From assembly GCA_965235115.1 (NCBI GenBank), contig OZ249441.1, forward strand, positions 16,802,001-16,866,000: 64,000 nucleotides of DNA. Direction: 5' to 3'. Source of the stretch: Laetmonice hystrix (taxonomy: Eukaryota). Positions 12,901 to 24,900 of this stretch are shown piece after piece (position 1 is the first letter of the stretch; the number at the start of each line of letters is the position of its first letter). The notes beneath the pieces were generated by a model. It made no database searches and was not told where the DNA came from. It was given only the letters and a program-made list of their open reading frames with translations. The translations under genes and the position numbers were made by a program.

Positions 12901-15900
12901 ATCGCGTGATGTATGTCACACCACATGCCTAGATTCACAACTCGTCAAAATCACAATACATCTCTGTGAGGTCCATATTACCGATCCTCTTGCACAGAAG
13001 GGCCACATCAAATAAGGGTATTAATATTCATTGCCGCTTAAACCCAGGCAGTACTAGTTGAGGACCGTATACGTATGAAGGAGGTGGTTGCCCTCCTGTG
13101 ATCCTACCTCAAGTAGACTTGTATAAATTAGATAATCCTTCCAAGCCCTGACTCGACTCCTTCCCCTCATATCCCATCAGGCACAGTCATCTTTAATTCC
13201 AGTCCCGCAAGAAGAGAGAGCCGATTACCCAGAGACTGGTTGGCCTTTCTGCCCTCGCCAGTTCGACCGGTTGATGCGTATTACAGCCATCTGATGGTCT
13301 GTAGGCCTGGAGACAGGAGGAGACGAGGTTCGGACCCGCAGGCCGCAGACTGCCAGTGACAGGTCTGCTGGAATCCAGCATGCACGCTGAGTTACCATCA
13401 ATGTTTACTGATCATGGGCACTGGCCCTTTTCAACCCCTCCTGTCATACGTAAACGTCTCCTATGCTTTTTCTACCTTCGGACCAACTGCAGCTGCTGAG
13501 GCCAGCTCCCACTCTGAGATCGATACAACCCAATTCACGCCACCAACCCCCTTTCACATCTCCTCAATTCATCATTTTCCGTATACTGCAGCCCCACAAT
13601 TTAGATTTCTTTTTCGTTTTGCTTAACTGTCTCCCCCCCCCCCCAAAAAAAAGAAAAAATCCCCCGCCAAAAAAATCACGTTCAGAGAAGCTTTCTTTTC
13701 AATTATCCATGGATAAAAACAATTTTAATAGTACATGTAAATACACTCTGTACCTAATGCAAGATTTTCTAAAGTTCATTGTATAACATCGCTGCAGTGT
13801 TGAAATACTAATAAATGATGCAAGTCTTCAATCACAAACGAAACACTTCATTCTCTGAGCACACTCCTCGCGTTTTAGTCCACAGCAGGAGATGGCTCAA
13901 ACATGGTGGTTAATGGAAAGAGTGTTTCTCGATAAATATTCGGTGGAAATATTTAAGTTTTGTTCAGCTAACTATCTGGATTACTCACTCAACTCCAACT
14001 ATAATGGTTAAATTACCTATGTTAATACTGCTTGTCATGCCATATTATACAGTATTGTTATTAATGTATAGTCAGAGAACATATAAGTCTTGTAAGACTT
14101 CACTTCTCATATATATGCTGCCATGGATGTATTATCACTAGAACTAATAAACTCAACTCAACTCAACTCAACTCAACTCAACTCAATTAAAGGACGCAAT
14201 AAGTAGGCTTCCACCGGAGCTAGTAAGCTACAAACAATCGAAAATATGGCTGTTGGTGCGAATGAACGTTCTTCGCAATGAAAGTACTGAAATGTTTCTA
14301 TTACTAAAGGCATTTGAGGAGTGATCATAGCGTTCCTGAACAGGTCCTTTTGTCAGATTTTGTCAGATTTTGTCAGATTTTACTCAGATTATCAACCTCA
14401 CTCATTTTGAAGAAAGAAGCATTCAACTCCATCAAGTTTTTATTAAACTACCTAGCGCGTGGTGCTTGCCCCGGATGATACCGCAGCCTGTAGGACTTGG
14501 GAAACCTAGCCAAAAGAAACCCTGCTCATTTTGTATTGTGTATTAGAAGGTAAGTGTTTCCTAAACTATACCGAACGCTCACGTCGAGAAGTGTCATACT
14601 GATGGAGCGACAATTCACAATCCCCAGGACAACAGGCCACCAATCACTGCCGACTCCTATTCAGCCACCTTTATACAGCCTTCTACCGTCGTCAGCCACC
14701 TCTAGACAGCTTCAGACTGCCAGTCAGGCAATGTCTATAGTAACCTCAGCCCTCTGTAGGGGGCACGCTGAACCAATCCATAACGCCACCCAGTCCCCAA
14801 GTCTTCCCGGTGGCTACTGGCTAGGAACCCATCAAGGTGCGAATGCCCCTTTTCGTGTCCCACGAGGATCAGTCTAATTTGTCCACGGTAAAGATAGCGC
14901 TTTAGATCTTTTCAATGAGAACAAAGGAAGACGCAGTGCTCATCACCGTCGGCGAGAACACTTGCTTTAACGGTATTCTACGCGGTATTCTACCGCGGGA
15001 AGGCGTCTGGATATTTGTCTCTATACAGGGTGTCACAAAGAAAATGTCCAGGTCAAATCAGGCAATCTAAGAATCTATGTTCCCCCGGATCCTGATGGAG
15101 AATCTTCTTACATGAAAAGCAGTCTTTATTTCATCAAAATCAGTCAAGCGAATTAAAAGTTATGCCATTTTAGTGCAGCAAAGTCACACCCTAGTTCATT
15201 AGCCATATCTCATTATCTGACAGCTAGAACTGGCCACTGTAAAAAGAGACAAATACGTCGCTCAACCAAAAAGGCATCACTTCTGATCTGCTTGACTTAT
15301 TTTGATGAATTAAACACTTTTTTTCATGTAAGAAGATTCCCTATCAAGATATGGGCAACATAGGTTCTGTGATTGCCTGGTTTGGCCTGGACCTTTTTTT
15401 GGCCACACCCTGTATATAAGCGGGCCAATCTTGGTCATTTCTATCCTTATTTCTACGCGTAATGATTCTGTCGTTGACCTTTCTAAAAGCTTCTAGATAA
15501 AAGGACTCTGGATCAAGGATACTCAGTAATTTCCAACGAAGCTTTAGGGTAATTCGGATTGGAGGCAGCCATGGAAGAGTTTCTTAGCAGCATACTCATC
15601 TGACGCCTTGCTGCTAGTTCTAGACTGCTAATAACGTCTACATACAATCTCGAGGCCTTCAGGCTGTCACCTAGGTTTAGGGACTGACTGTGTTAGACAA
15701 GAAAATTGCTTTAGCATCCTCAGTATACCGGAACTGTATCAAAGTCTGGTTCTCATATAAAGCCTCAACCAACTCTAGAATGGCGGTGTCGGAAGGACAA
15801 CACCCCATATGATACATCAGATAAGGTGAATTCAAGGTTGCTATTCTCTAAGAAAGAAGCAATACAATGTAGTGAGCAAAACGTAATAACATACGTTTGA

Positions 15901-18900
15901 ACATCTGTCATCATCAGTGTTTGTCAGATTATCCAGCGCCCATACACCAAGCCGCACCAAGAGAACAAACCCGCAGCCGTCAGCGTCCCTAGTGGACAAT
16001 CTTATTCACGTACAGTTCTCGTGCTAACAACGTCTACATACAATCTCGAGGCCTTCAGGCTGTCACCTAGGTTTAGGGACTGACTGTGTTAGACAAGAAA
16101 ATTGCTTTAGCATCCTCAGTATACCGGAACTGTATCAAAGTCTGGTTCTCATATATAGCCTCAACCAATTCTAGAATGGCGTTGTCGGAAGGACAACACT
16201 CCATATGATACATCAGATAAGGTGAATTCAAGGTTGCTATTCTATAAGAAAGAAGCAATACAATGTAGTGAGCAAAACGTAATAACATACGTTTGAACAT
16301 CTGTCATCATCAGTGTTTGTCAGATTATCCAGCGCCCATACACCAAGCCGCACCAAGAGAACAAACCCGCAGCCGTCAGCGTCCCTAGTGGACAATCTTA
16401 TTCACGTACAGTTCTCGTGCTAACAACTGTTAACATGTAATTAGTGAATTGCTGATACAACAGTGACATGCCAGTTTTTTTCTAATACTATCTCTGCCTA
16501 CAGCACGTACAATTTTATTTCATTACGGATCTCTGAATGACATGTCAATGAAAAAATGGGAAATACATTTGCCCGCACCGCATCTGTTACCGCTAGCCGG
16601 AAAATATTAACAAGCTTTTCTATAATAAAAGAAAGATTTCTCAATATTTGCATATGTCATTCGTGTAACTGAAAAATCTACGCTTCAGTGCAAAGCAGTA
16701 ACCAGGCGACATTGTGTGTCTCCTGGACGGGGGACTATACTAACGATATTTACAGATGCCTTGACGGAATATTCTGCCACTTCATCCATCTTTCCTTCCT
16801 ACGTGTTCAATCTTGTAGGCTTGCGTTGATCAATCACTGTAATTTTCACATGTGTTGTTAGCCTAGCTTCCTCTCACGTCTAGATTGTTAATTAAACTGC
16901 AGCAGTTACTGGCTTGGAACGCTTTAAACATTTCCCTTCCATATCCCAACCTAACTACTAGCAGCAAAATCTTTTTGTCTAATCAAGTCATCCAGAGTGA
17001 GTGAGTAGTTTGTGTTTAACGTCCTGTCAGCAGTATTTCAGCTATATATCAGGGCGAGAACAGGGTAACAGGGTAAGTAGATGACAGAAAGAAACCCGCG
17101 CACCGGGCCGAACCCCTACTCTTTTCGATAGACCCCAAGGGATCTTAACGTGCCCCTCCGCATAGACGTATCGTGACACGGCTGACTTTTGATAAAGCAG
17201 TCGGCAGCACTGCTAAAATTAAGCCAGATAACCGATAGACTATATGCGCGACAGGACCACATATAACATAGAAACATTAAAATCTTTTAAACACCTCATA
17301 AAAGGAATCTATTTTTTTTCTCTTCAATGACAGAAATTAGGTGGAGGGGGGGGGGCATTTCATTGACACACCTTGCTAAGTCATCTATCAGCACGGCATG
17401 TACACGTCTTTGATTCCTTTAAATTCTAAGTTTGGTCGTCTACTTCGAATTTAGTGAAGTGAAGACCACCACTGCAGCAGTGCCGACAGTGCCATATTGC
17501 TGTCTTCCCATCCTTTGATGCCCTTTCCGTTCAACATCACGGCGGCAGTTCTAGACGTATTCACGCAAGTAGCAATCAGGTAAGATCAAACAAGGCTGAT
17601 GCGGACGTTCATAATGAAAGCAGCACTTCGCCCTAACTTGGTACGCTCAGCTTAATCATCGCCACAAAGCTGGACCCGGATCCAACCACGGCTGTTTGCT
17701 CCCATATCAGGTGGGGGTGGGGTGGGGTGGGGGGTGGGGGGTTCTCAGTATGACCACCCCTGCCCCATTTCCATATTGCCCTGACCTGACCTGACCTTGC
17801 CCGTTTTCCGCTTTATACACTGCATCAATTTCCTGGAGGCTTTGCTGTTGGTCGTATTGGGAACGGGAGGTAAAAGATTAATGGTTTTCTTCAGCCTCAG
17901 GTTTCCACGCTTATCAAGTTCCAGTCCTGGATCTTTTATAAAGATATTTTCACCTTTGCCCTAGAAATGCGGATCTTCGGCAAAGATCCTTCCAACCGGC
18001 AACGGGGCACTGGGTATGCACTGACTTGACATCCAAATTAGTTTAAAATACTACACTAACTACCGAAACATCTTTTATTACCCTGGAATTCCACCGTGTC
18101 TATTCGGATAATACAGAAATAAGGGTCGTTCCTCCTGAGGAAAGTCCGGTCTTAGTACGTTAGTCCCTTATTAATAACATCCCAGCCAAAGAAGCTGCCG
18201 ACTGAATCGACAACGGGCTAGTTCAGTGTCTGACCAGCCCAGTTGGGAACCATAGCCTACTAAATGTCGAGCCGCCCTGTGTTTTCATTTGTTGTATTTT
18301 CCCTCAATGTTTTCAGATTCGGTTAGAGTTAGGGATGGGGATATGGATAGATAGATGGATAGATTTCGGGACCCTTTTTTCGGGACCAGCCAAGGCTCTC
18401 GTTATCTTATATGATTGTACTTCAATCACATTCTGTTTAACGAGCTCAATATTTGCCATATCTGGATCACTAACTACCAGAAAATTACAGCATGAGGCGT
18501 AAGGAAAGGGTGTGAATGTTCGGAAGCCTTTTACTAAGCCACTATAGAGTTTCCGTTTGATTATTTTTGCAGGGCAATACAAACTGTTAAGAGAAGGGAA
18601 TGGTTTCGGAGCCTAGGAAACAACACCGGCTGACAATCATGTGCAGATGCAGCGGTTTCTATACAATACAGAGTGGGGGAGAAGCAATCACTGGACCTTG
18701 AATCAACCCTAATTTCAGCCCATATACCATAATATGACAAAGAGACGCCAACAGCTGAGGTTTGCCTCTGATGAATGTATTCATGATAAAGTGAATACAT
18801 GTGCATCAAGGCACAATCCTGTCTTGGAAACCCATCCGAGGTACTCTTAGTTGCAACCAAATGTGACAAATGAAGCCGAAGATTAACTTAGCATGCACCT

Positions 18901-21900
18901 GCTTACCACTCATTCTCACTAGCACCTCAGCAGAAGGCGACCACCAGCGCTGTCGGAATACGCAATCAGCTAACGGACACCACCTCCACTGCGGCACTGA
19001 ACGTGGGCTCCTGTTGAACTAACATCGTGCAACTGCCCTTCAACCTTGGAGGAATAATATTTCATCGGAATACCCTGACGTTGTTTGGAAACTCCAGTAT
19101 CGAATTCTGACATTTGGTTGAGTGGGCGGTATTGATTCTAGCTCCCTTTTTCCCCACACTCACTTTCGTGACTGGAGGCCCCATATATTCAGCTCTTCCG
19201 AGGGCCAATCCTACCTGGCTAAGCGCCTCTAAAAATACAGCCTGAAAATTGGGAATACCCGCAATACAATTCGGACATTTACCGAAAAATGTTGCATGAT
19301 AACAATAGCGACACCTCCATGGGCCATTTACAAATCAATTCGAGCCCAGAGGGTTACAAATATTGGAACCACAGACCTACTACGTAGAACCTGTAGTTTA
19401 CCACGGGTATTCTAACATTTACAGTACAATTTCTAGTGAACCTGTTCGCTGAAAGACAGAGTAGACTACTGAGCGATTATTCTGAGATATATTGTCAATT
19501 ATTACCACTATGTGCAGTGTTACCAGAGGTTCACATCACTTTCCCCAATCATTAATGGAAAGAGGCGGGCTTCAAACGACGTTTGAAAGTCGTCCCTTTT
19601 TGAAGGCTGCGTGTGTGTGACCGTTTGAAGTGCGTCCCTTTTCACGTTGTTTACATCCGCTAGGTGGCGCGATTGAACACACCACTATCGCCCCACTTAT
19701 CGCAGGGCATCCAAGATTTGACGTTGTTTACTCAGTGACGGAGCCTGGACTAGGCCTAAGTTGTTCATTTACATTCATTCAATCATAATGTCTGAGATAA
19801 TCGCAGTGGTAATAATAGTAATAATATGATTTTGCTGGGCGTTGTGCCCTCATTTGAAGCCCTCCATTTTTGGTTTGAAGGCTGTCCTTTGGTTTGAAGG
19901 CCTCGCTTCGCTCGGGCTTCAAACCAAAGGACAGCCTTCAAACCAAAAATGGCGGGCTTCAAATGAGCACAACGCCCAGCAAAATCATATTATTGTTATA
20001 TTCATCTGATACACTAGAAATTTAGGCCGATAAATCATTTTGTTTGAACGATTCATTTTCAATAAAGAGCGTCATGATTTAAATGTCACTGACAACTTAT
20101 GACACCAAAACCCAGACCCCTTTCTCTGGAAGTCGGGTAATAGACCCCCCCCCCCCCTCTCCCCAACATAAGTGCTACTGTGCCAGGGAATGTAGGTAAG
20201 TGTACGTTTATTTGGGACTGGGAGGGTGTAAAAGGCTGTGATTGGTGGTTACCACTGTCAATTTCAGATTCATGCCTGTGGCCGTCACAAATCTTGCTAT
20301 GTACAGCTGACTGTCTCCTAGTCCAGTCCAGTAACTATCTCTAAACCTCTACATGTCTGGGGGTCTACTTTTAACGGTCCCCGTCTAATATACTTGTCCG
20401 ACACTGCCCAATAACCCCCGACGTGTACACATTAAGGGGGCCACTGCATACGATGACGTCTGACATCTGTAATAAATGACACAAGTGTACCGGGTGCTCC
20501 CGTTAACGTTACTCACACTAAGTCTTCAAAGAGACGACTGAAACTAACTGATGATACCAATCTTTTCAACCTTCCAATATTCATCTGCCAACAGCCCGAC
20601 CTACCTACTCTTTGTTCATATACGACCTTCATTTAGGGGGTAGGGAAGCCAAGAAGACATTTCAAATTTCATTTATATACGGGTAATAATGTTGAAATGC
20701 CAAACTACAGCAGTCGGTTTCTTTGCGTCCCAGATACTGTTTCTAATGCAAAGCCCTCATCTAGTTCCATGATCAATTCCAGCAGTTTCCTGAAAACTAT
20801 AAAAACCTTAACACATGGATTCGTAAAAATACTTGTTATTTCCCCATCTGTGCTTCAGAAGGCATCTTCTCAATTAAAATAAGACGAAATGGATTAGAAA
20901 AAAATCACAGCAGTGTTCAAGGTATCAAGTTCATTTTAGGTGGGTTAATGTTAGCCTCTAACATAGGCCGTATACACGGCCTATCCGCTAGCGAACGGGC
21001 TACGAGACCAAACGTTCTAGCGCAGACTGAATGTGCTTCCGCACCTCTTCCATCACTTCAACTAAAAGATTGCCTTTACCTTCAGCTACTGAGCCCAATG
21101 AACTTACTTGGTGTTCCTCTAAGCAACAGATTCGGCCTATTTTCCAAACCAAGCGACCACTTTCCATAGTCTTACAACCGGCGCCATTTCTGTAAATCCA
21201 CATCCGGGGTCAAGCTCACGAAGGGAGCAGTCATTTCAAACGTTGGCTATTAGTTTGGCGCCATAATGGAGGATTTGCTGTTTGGTCTAGAATAATGAAT
21301 GCTCCCCTGCTGGTCGCCAGTGTGCATGTTTTGAACATGCGCAGTAGAACAAACAGTATGGCAGCTAACGGCAGTGAACCAGCGCGATTCGAAATTTCGA
21401 AAGTCTGATTTATTCAAACTTTGGGCAAAAATCCTCGGAAAAGTGTGCAGCAGAGGAACAGAAGATGGGCTGCGTTAGAATTGACACCTCAACTGGCAGT
21501 AGTTACGATGGATTTTGCACAGCGAGTGATTGACATCGGAGGTAGGGTTTTTCGGGTTAACGCTGTCCGTCCCTACACTGGGGACGATACTCCGTCTAGG
21601 TTAATGTTACATGATGAACCATTTTTTCATTTTATTAAAGCCAAATGCAACAATCCAGCTACCTTATACCTTCCCATATGCCTTATACAATAAAGAATAA
21701 CATCAGCAATAAATGCAGGTCAATAGGTTTTACATAAACGAGAATGCCAACCTTAAACTACGAGTACCGTACCTCTAGCCGAGAAATGAACTCGGCGCCA
21801 TTTTACATCACATTATCACATGGGAGATTGATTCAGCCAATCAAAAACAGTCAGGTCACCCGGAAGTGTGACGTCGCCAGAGCCGCGAGTTTCGACCAGC

Positions 21901-24900
21901 TGTCAGATCGGGTGAGGATACAAGGTAGTCAGAGAGTCTAGACTGAGAGCTGCGAGTAAGATTATCCGTGTCATAGTACTAGGAGACCGATCAGCAGGTC
22001 TAACCACACCACTGACTTGGTGCTGATCCTTCGTGAAGATATGCCTGGGTGTGCTAGCTGAACGGTAGCCCGACGCTTTGACAGTGGCAGTGCACGCCAT
22101 GTCCCCGGCCGTAGACTGCCGTAGTCTTTCACTACTGTCAGACTCCACCCATGACCCAATCAGTGTACATTTCATTCTCTAGTTGACAATTCTCCGTATA
22201 AATAATAGCTTTCAGCCACCATTTCATGCGTTGGAGGGTATTGCGACGAATTTCTGTTCGTTTAAGCGCCCGGTAAGAGATTTTTCACTACGTTGTCGAT
22301 CGACCAAATTGGCATGTCTGGCCCCGTCCAACCACCAGTTCACGCCCGCCGGGAGCAAGGGAGCTAGTGCTGCCCGTTGTTGCCTTGAGACTCTTGACCA
22401 CCTGACTCGGGTGTCGGGTGAGGCATGGAGCCTGGGACAGGGCACGCATGGGACATGAAGTCATGTAATCGACATGGGCCGAGATAACCATGGTCCGAGT
22501 TCACCAGTAACCATTATTGTACATAGTGTCCGTGAAGATGGTTGACCAACACAGTGATGGGGGAATGGGGTAGGCTCTAGGGACGCCATTTTTTAAGGTC
22601 TCACGGCAGTGAATTTCGGCAAGATGGACGCCGTGAGCAAACGGGCAACTGTCAGTTTCTATCGGGGATTACTTTTAACACACAGACTTTGTGGGAATTA
22701 GATGGTGGCAGGTAAAAGGCACTATACCATGGTTATCCATGGGCCCTATTGCTAGTGGCGGTTTCGGATCGCTTTAAAGGCAGTTTAGGTATTTACAATC
22801 TTTTCCGAAACTACCAAAGGGAAAAGGAAAGGTTTTCGCAAATGATGGGGCACTATGACAATATGAAATATATTAAAGGCATATTTTGAGCAACTCTTTG
22901 GCCAACACGCTAACAGTGACAATCCTGCGTCTTTCTGAGTCATGATCTGCCCCTGGCGGTTAAAATAAATCCCACCCTCCGGCTCCCGTCCTTTCCACAG
23001 AAATATACTTATATTTACTAATACGGTGGCCATTTCCACCCTACGAACACAGCTTCACAATTATCACTGAAAGGGGCCAATTATCAGCTCTGACAGGTAA
23101 GGTAACCATCTCTTGATCACAACGCCGTGGTAGTATCTTGAACCATTCCCGCTCTTGCCTCTCTTTTATCCAGCTACCACGCGACATGTAGGACACCCTC
23201 CCATCCTTCACCTTCTAATACGCTCATCTCTCGCTGAGACAGGACAAACAACGACAGCATAGTCCTACAGTGACGATACTTTAATACGCACAGATCAGAG
23301 CTGTGTCTTCTATTGTTTACCTTAGGCTAAAGGGGCATATTATGAGGAAACGTTAAAAATCGGTATTTCATAGAACTTTTGCTGTTTTCATAAAGAGATC
23401 CTTCATTAAAATTGCTTAGTAAACAAAGACAGACTTATCAGTTTCATTTTGCGTGAGAAATCGAAGTTTATTAAGCTCCCTTGCCCGCTTCTCTGCCGAT
23501 TTCGTAAAATATTTTTTGGGTGGCATTCTGTTGCCGGGCGATCGAGTGCCACTGATGAATTGTTTACAACTAAGCAAAGCACGTGACTAAGCACATGCAG
23601 AGAGTGCACACACAGGATGTGACACAGTATGCAATTACACGGGTTGATGGGGGGGTTGTCCGGCAAATTATGGCGGGAGATGTGCTATCGGGAGAAATCT
23701 ATAGGTTTGGTCGTATAGAACCTACTTGTGCTGCATACGCAGCGAAAACACGTCGGAGGACAAAATGCTGTGGTAGGATTATTTACTTGGATCCCTAGTA
23801 CACGGTCATGTTGGATAATTGCCTGAAATCCTCAAAATCGGCCGGGGGGGGGGTCATCTTATTAAAGCTGGACTACATCAACAAACACAATATTATTTTC
23901 CTATCCGACTATATTCGGTAGAGGATTACGTCCCATTTAATCAATTACTCTCTCAATGAAGAATGTGACATGAAAAATTCAAAATTAAACAGATGACTTA
24001 TTGTGCAATTACGAGTGTACATGTTGTACATACGAACTGCATGAAGTTGTTGTATGCACCACTGACAGTTACTCCAAATATACTGTACTATCTCGAAATA
24101 TTACCCCAAGGAGACAAATAACCTCATTTGAAACGTAACAAGACAGAAGATTTCCACATCAGTTAAACCGTAATCAAATCAAATGTCCTGAGTGTGTTTG
24201 GAATCATCACTGATTACCCTGTTCAACTTGACAGTTCACTTCATAAATTCCCATCCCCAGAGCTTGTCGCTGGTCAAATCAACAGATACAGACATGCTCA
24301 ACTGTCAAATTATGTGGGGTTTTTTCAATTTCTTCAATTTAACATTTCACATGAAACATGGGTTGCCCATGGAGACGAACCCGTCGGCCTCCATAACTCG
24401 TGGAGATGGAAAGTCTCAAGTTTAAGAAAATGTCGTGGGACTCGAGAAGTTCTTTTCATTCAATCATTAAATTGTCTTACCATAAACAGAACTAACATCC
24501 ACGACCTCGCCACAATGCCAGACCGATTCCATAATAAAATACAGGTTCATGTGGTAATTACAAAGCTTATTTATGATATTTCTGGTGCTTCAGGCAATGG
24601 CATCCAAACGGCCCCAATTACGAAGTCCTTATCTATCCAATGAGTTAAGAGCTTTTGGTGGATCCAGCCTTTCACAACATGCAGTTTACAAACACATGAA
24701 TTCCATCAAGGAAGGTAAGGGTAATTTGGACGCTGGTCTGTCAATCATGCTGACCCTCTCCAAGGTCAAGCGTCATTATTAGATGGTGTACTGGCAACAA
24801 GCCACCTGACCTGGCGCCACGTTCACACTTGACACGCCTACCGGACAGTGGTTGAGGTGGGGACGCTGCAAACCTGAGAAAACTCCTCAGGTTACGACCG

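Noticed and set aside
14151-14185. (ACTCA)7 as the 3' tail of an identifiable LINE
   Set aside because: The AATAAA plus microsatellite is suggestive, but no recognisable RT or UTR sequence lies upstream.
20963-20991. Helitron 3' end (9-bp hairpin followed by CTAG)
   Set aside because: The hairpin is only 3 nt from CTAG, the next base is not T, and no 5' TC end or Rep/helicase remnant was found.
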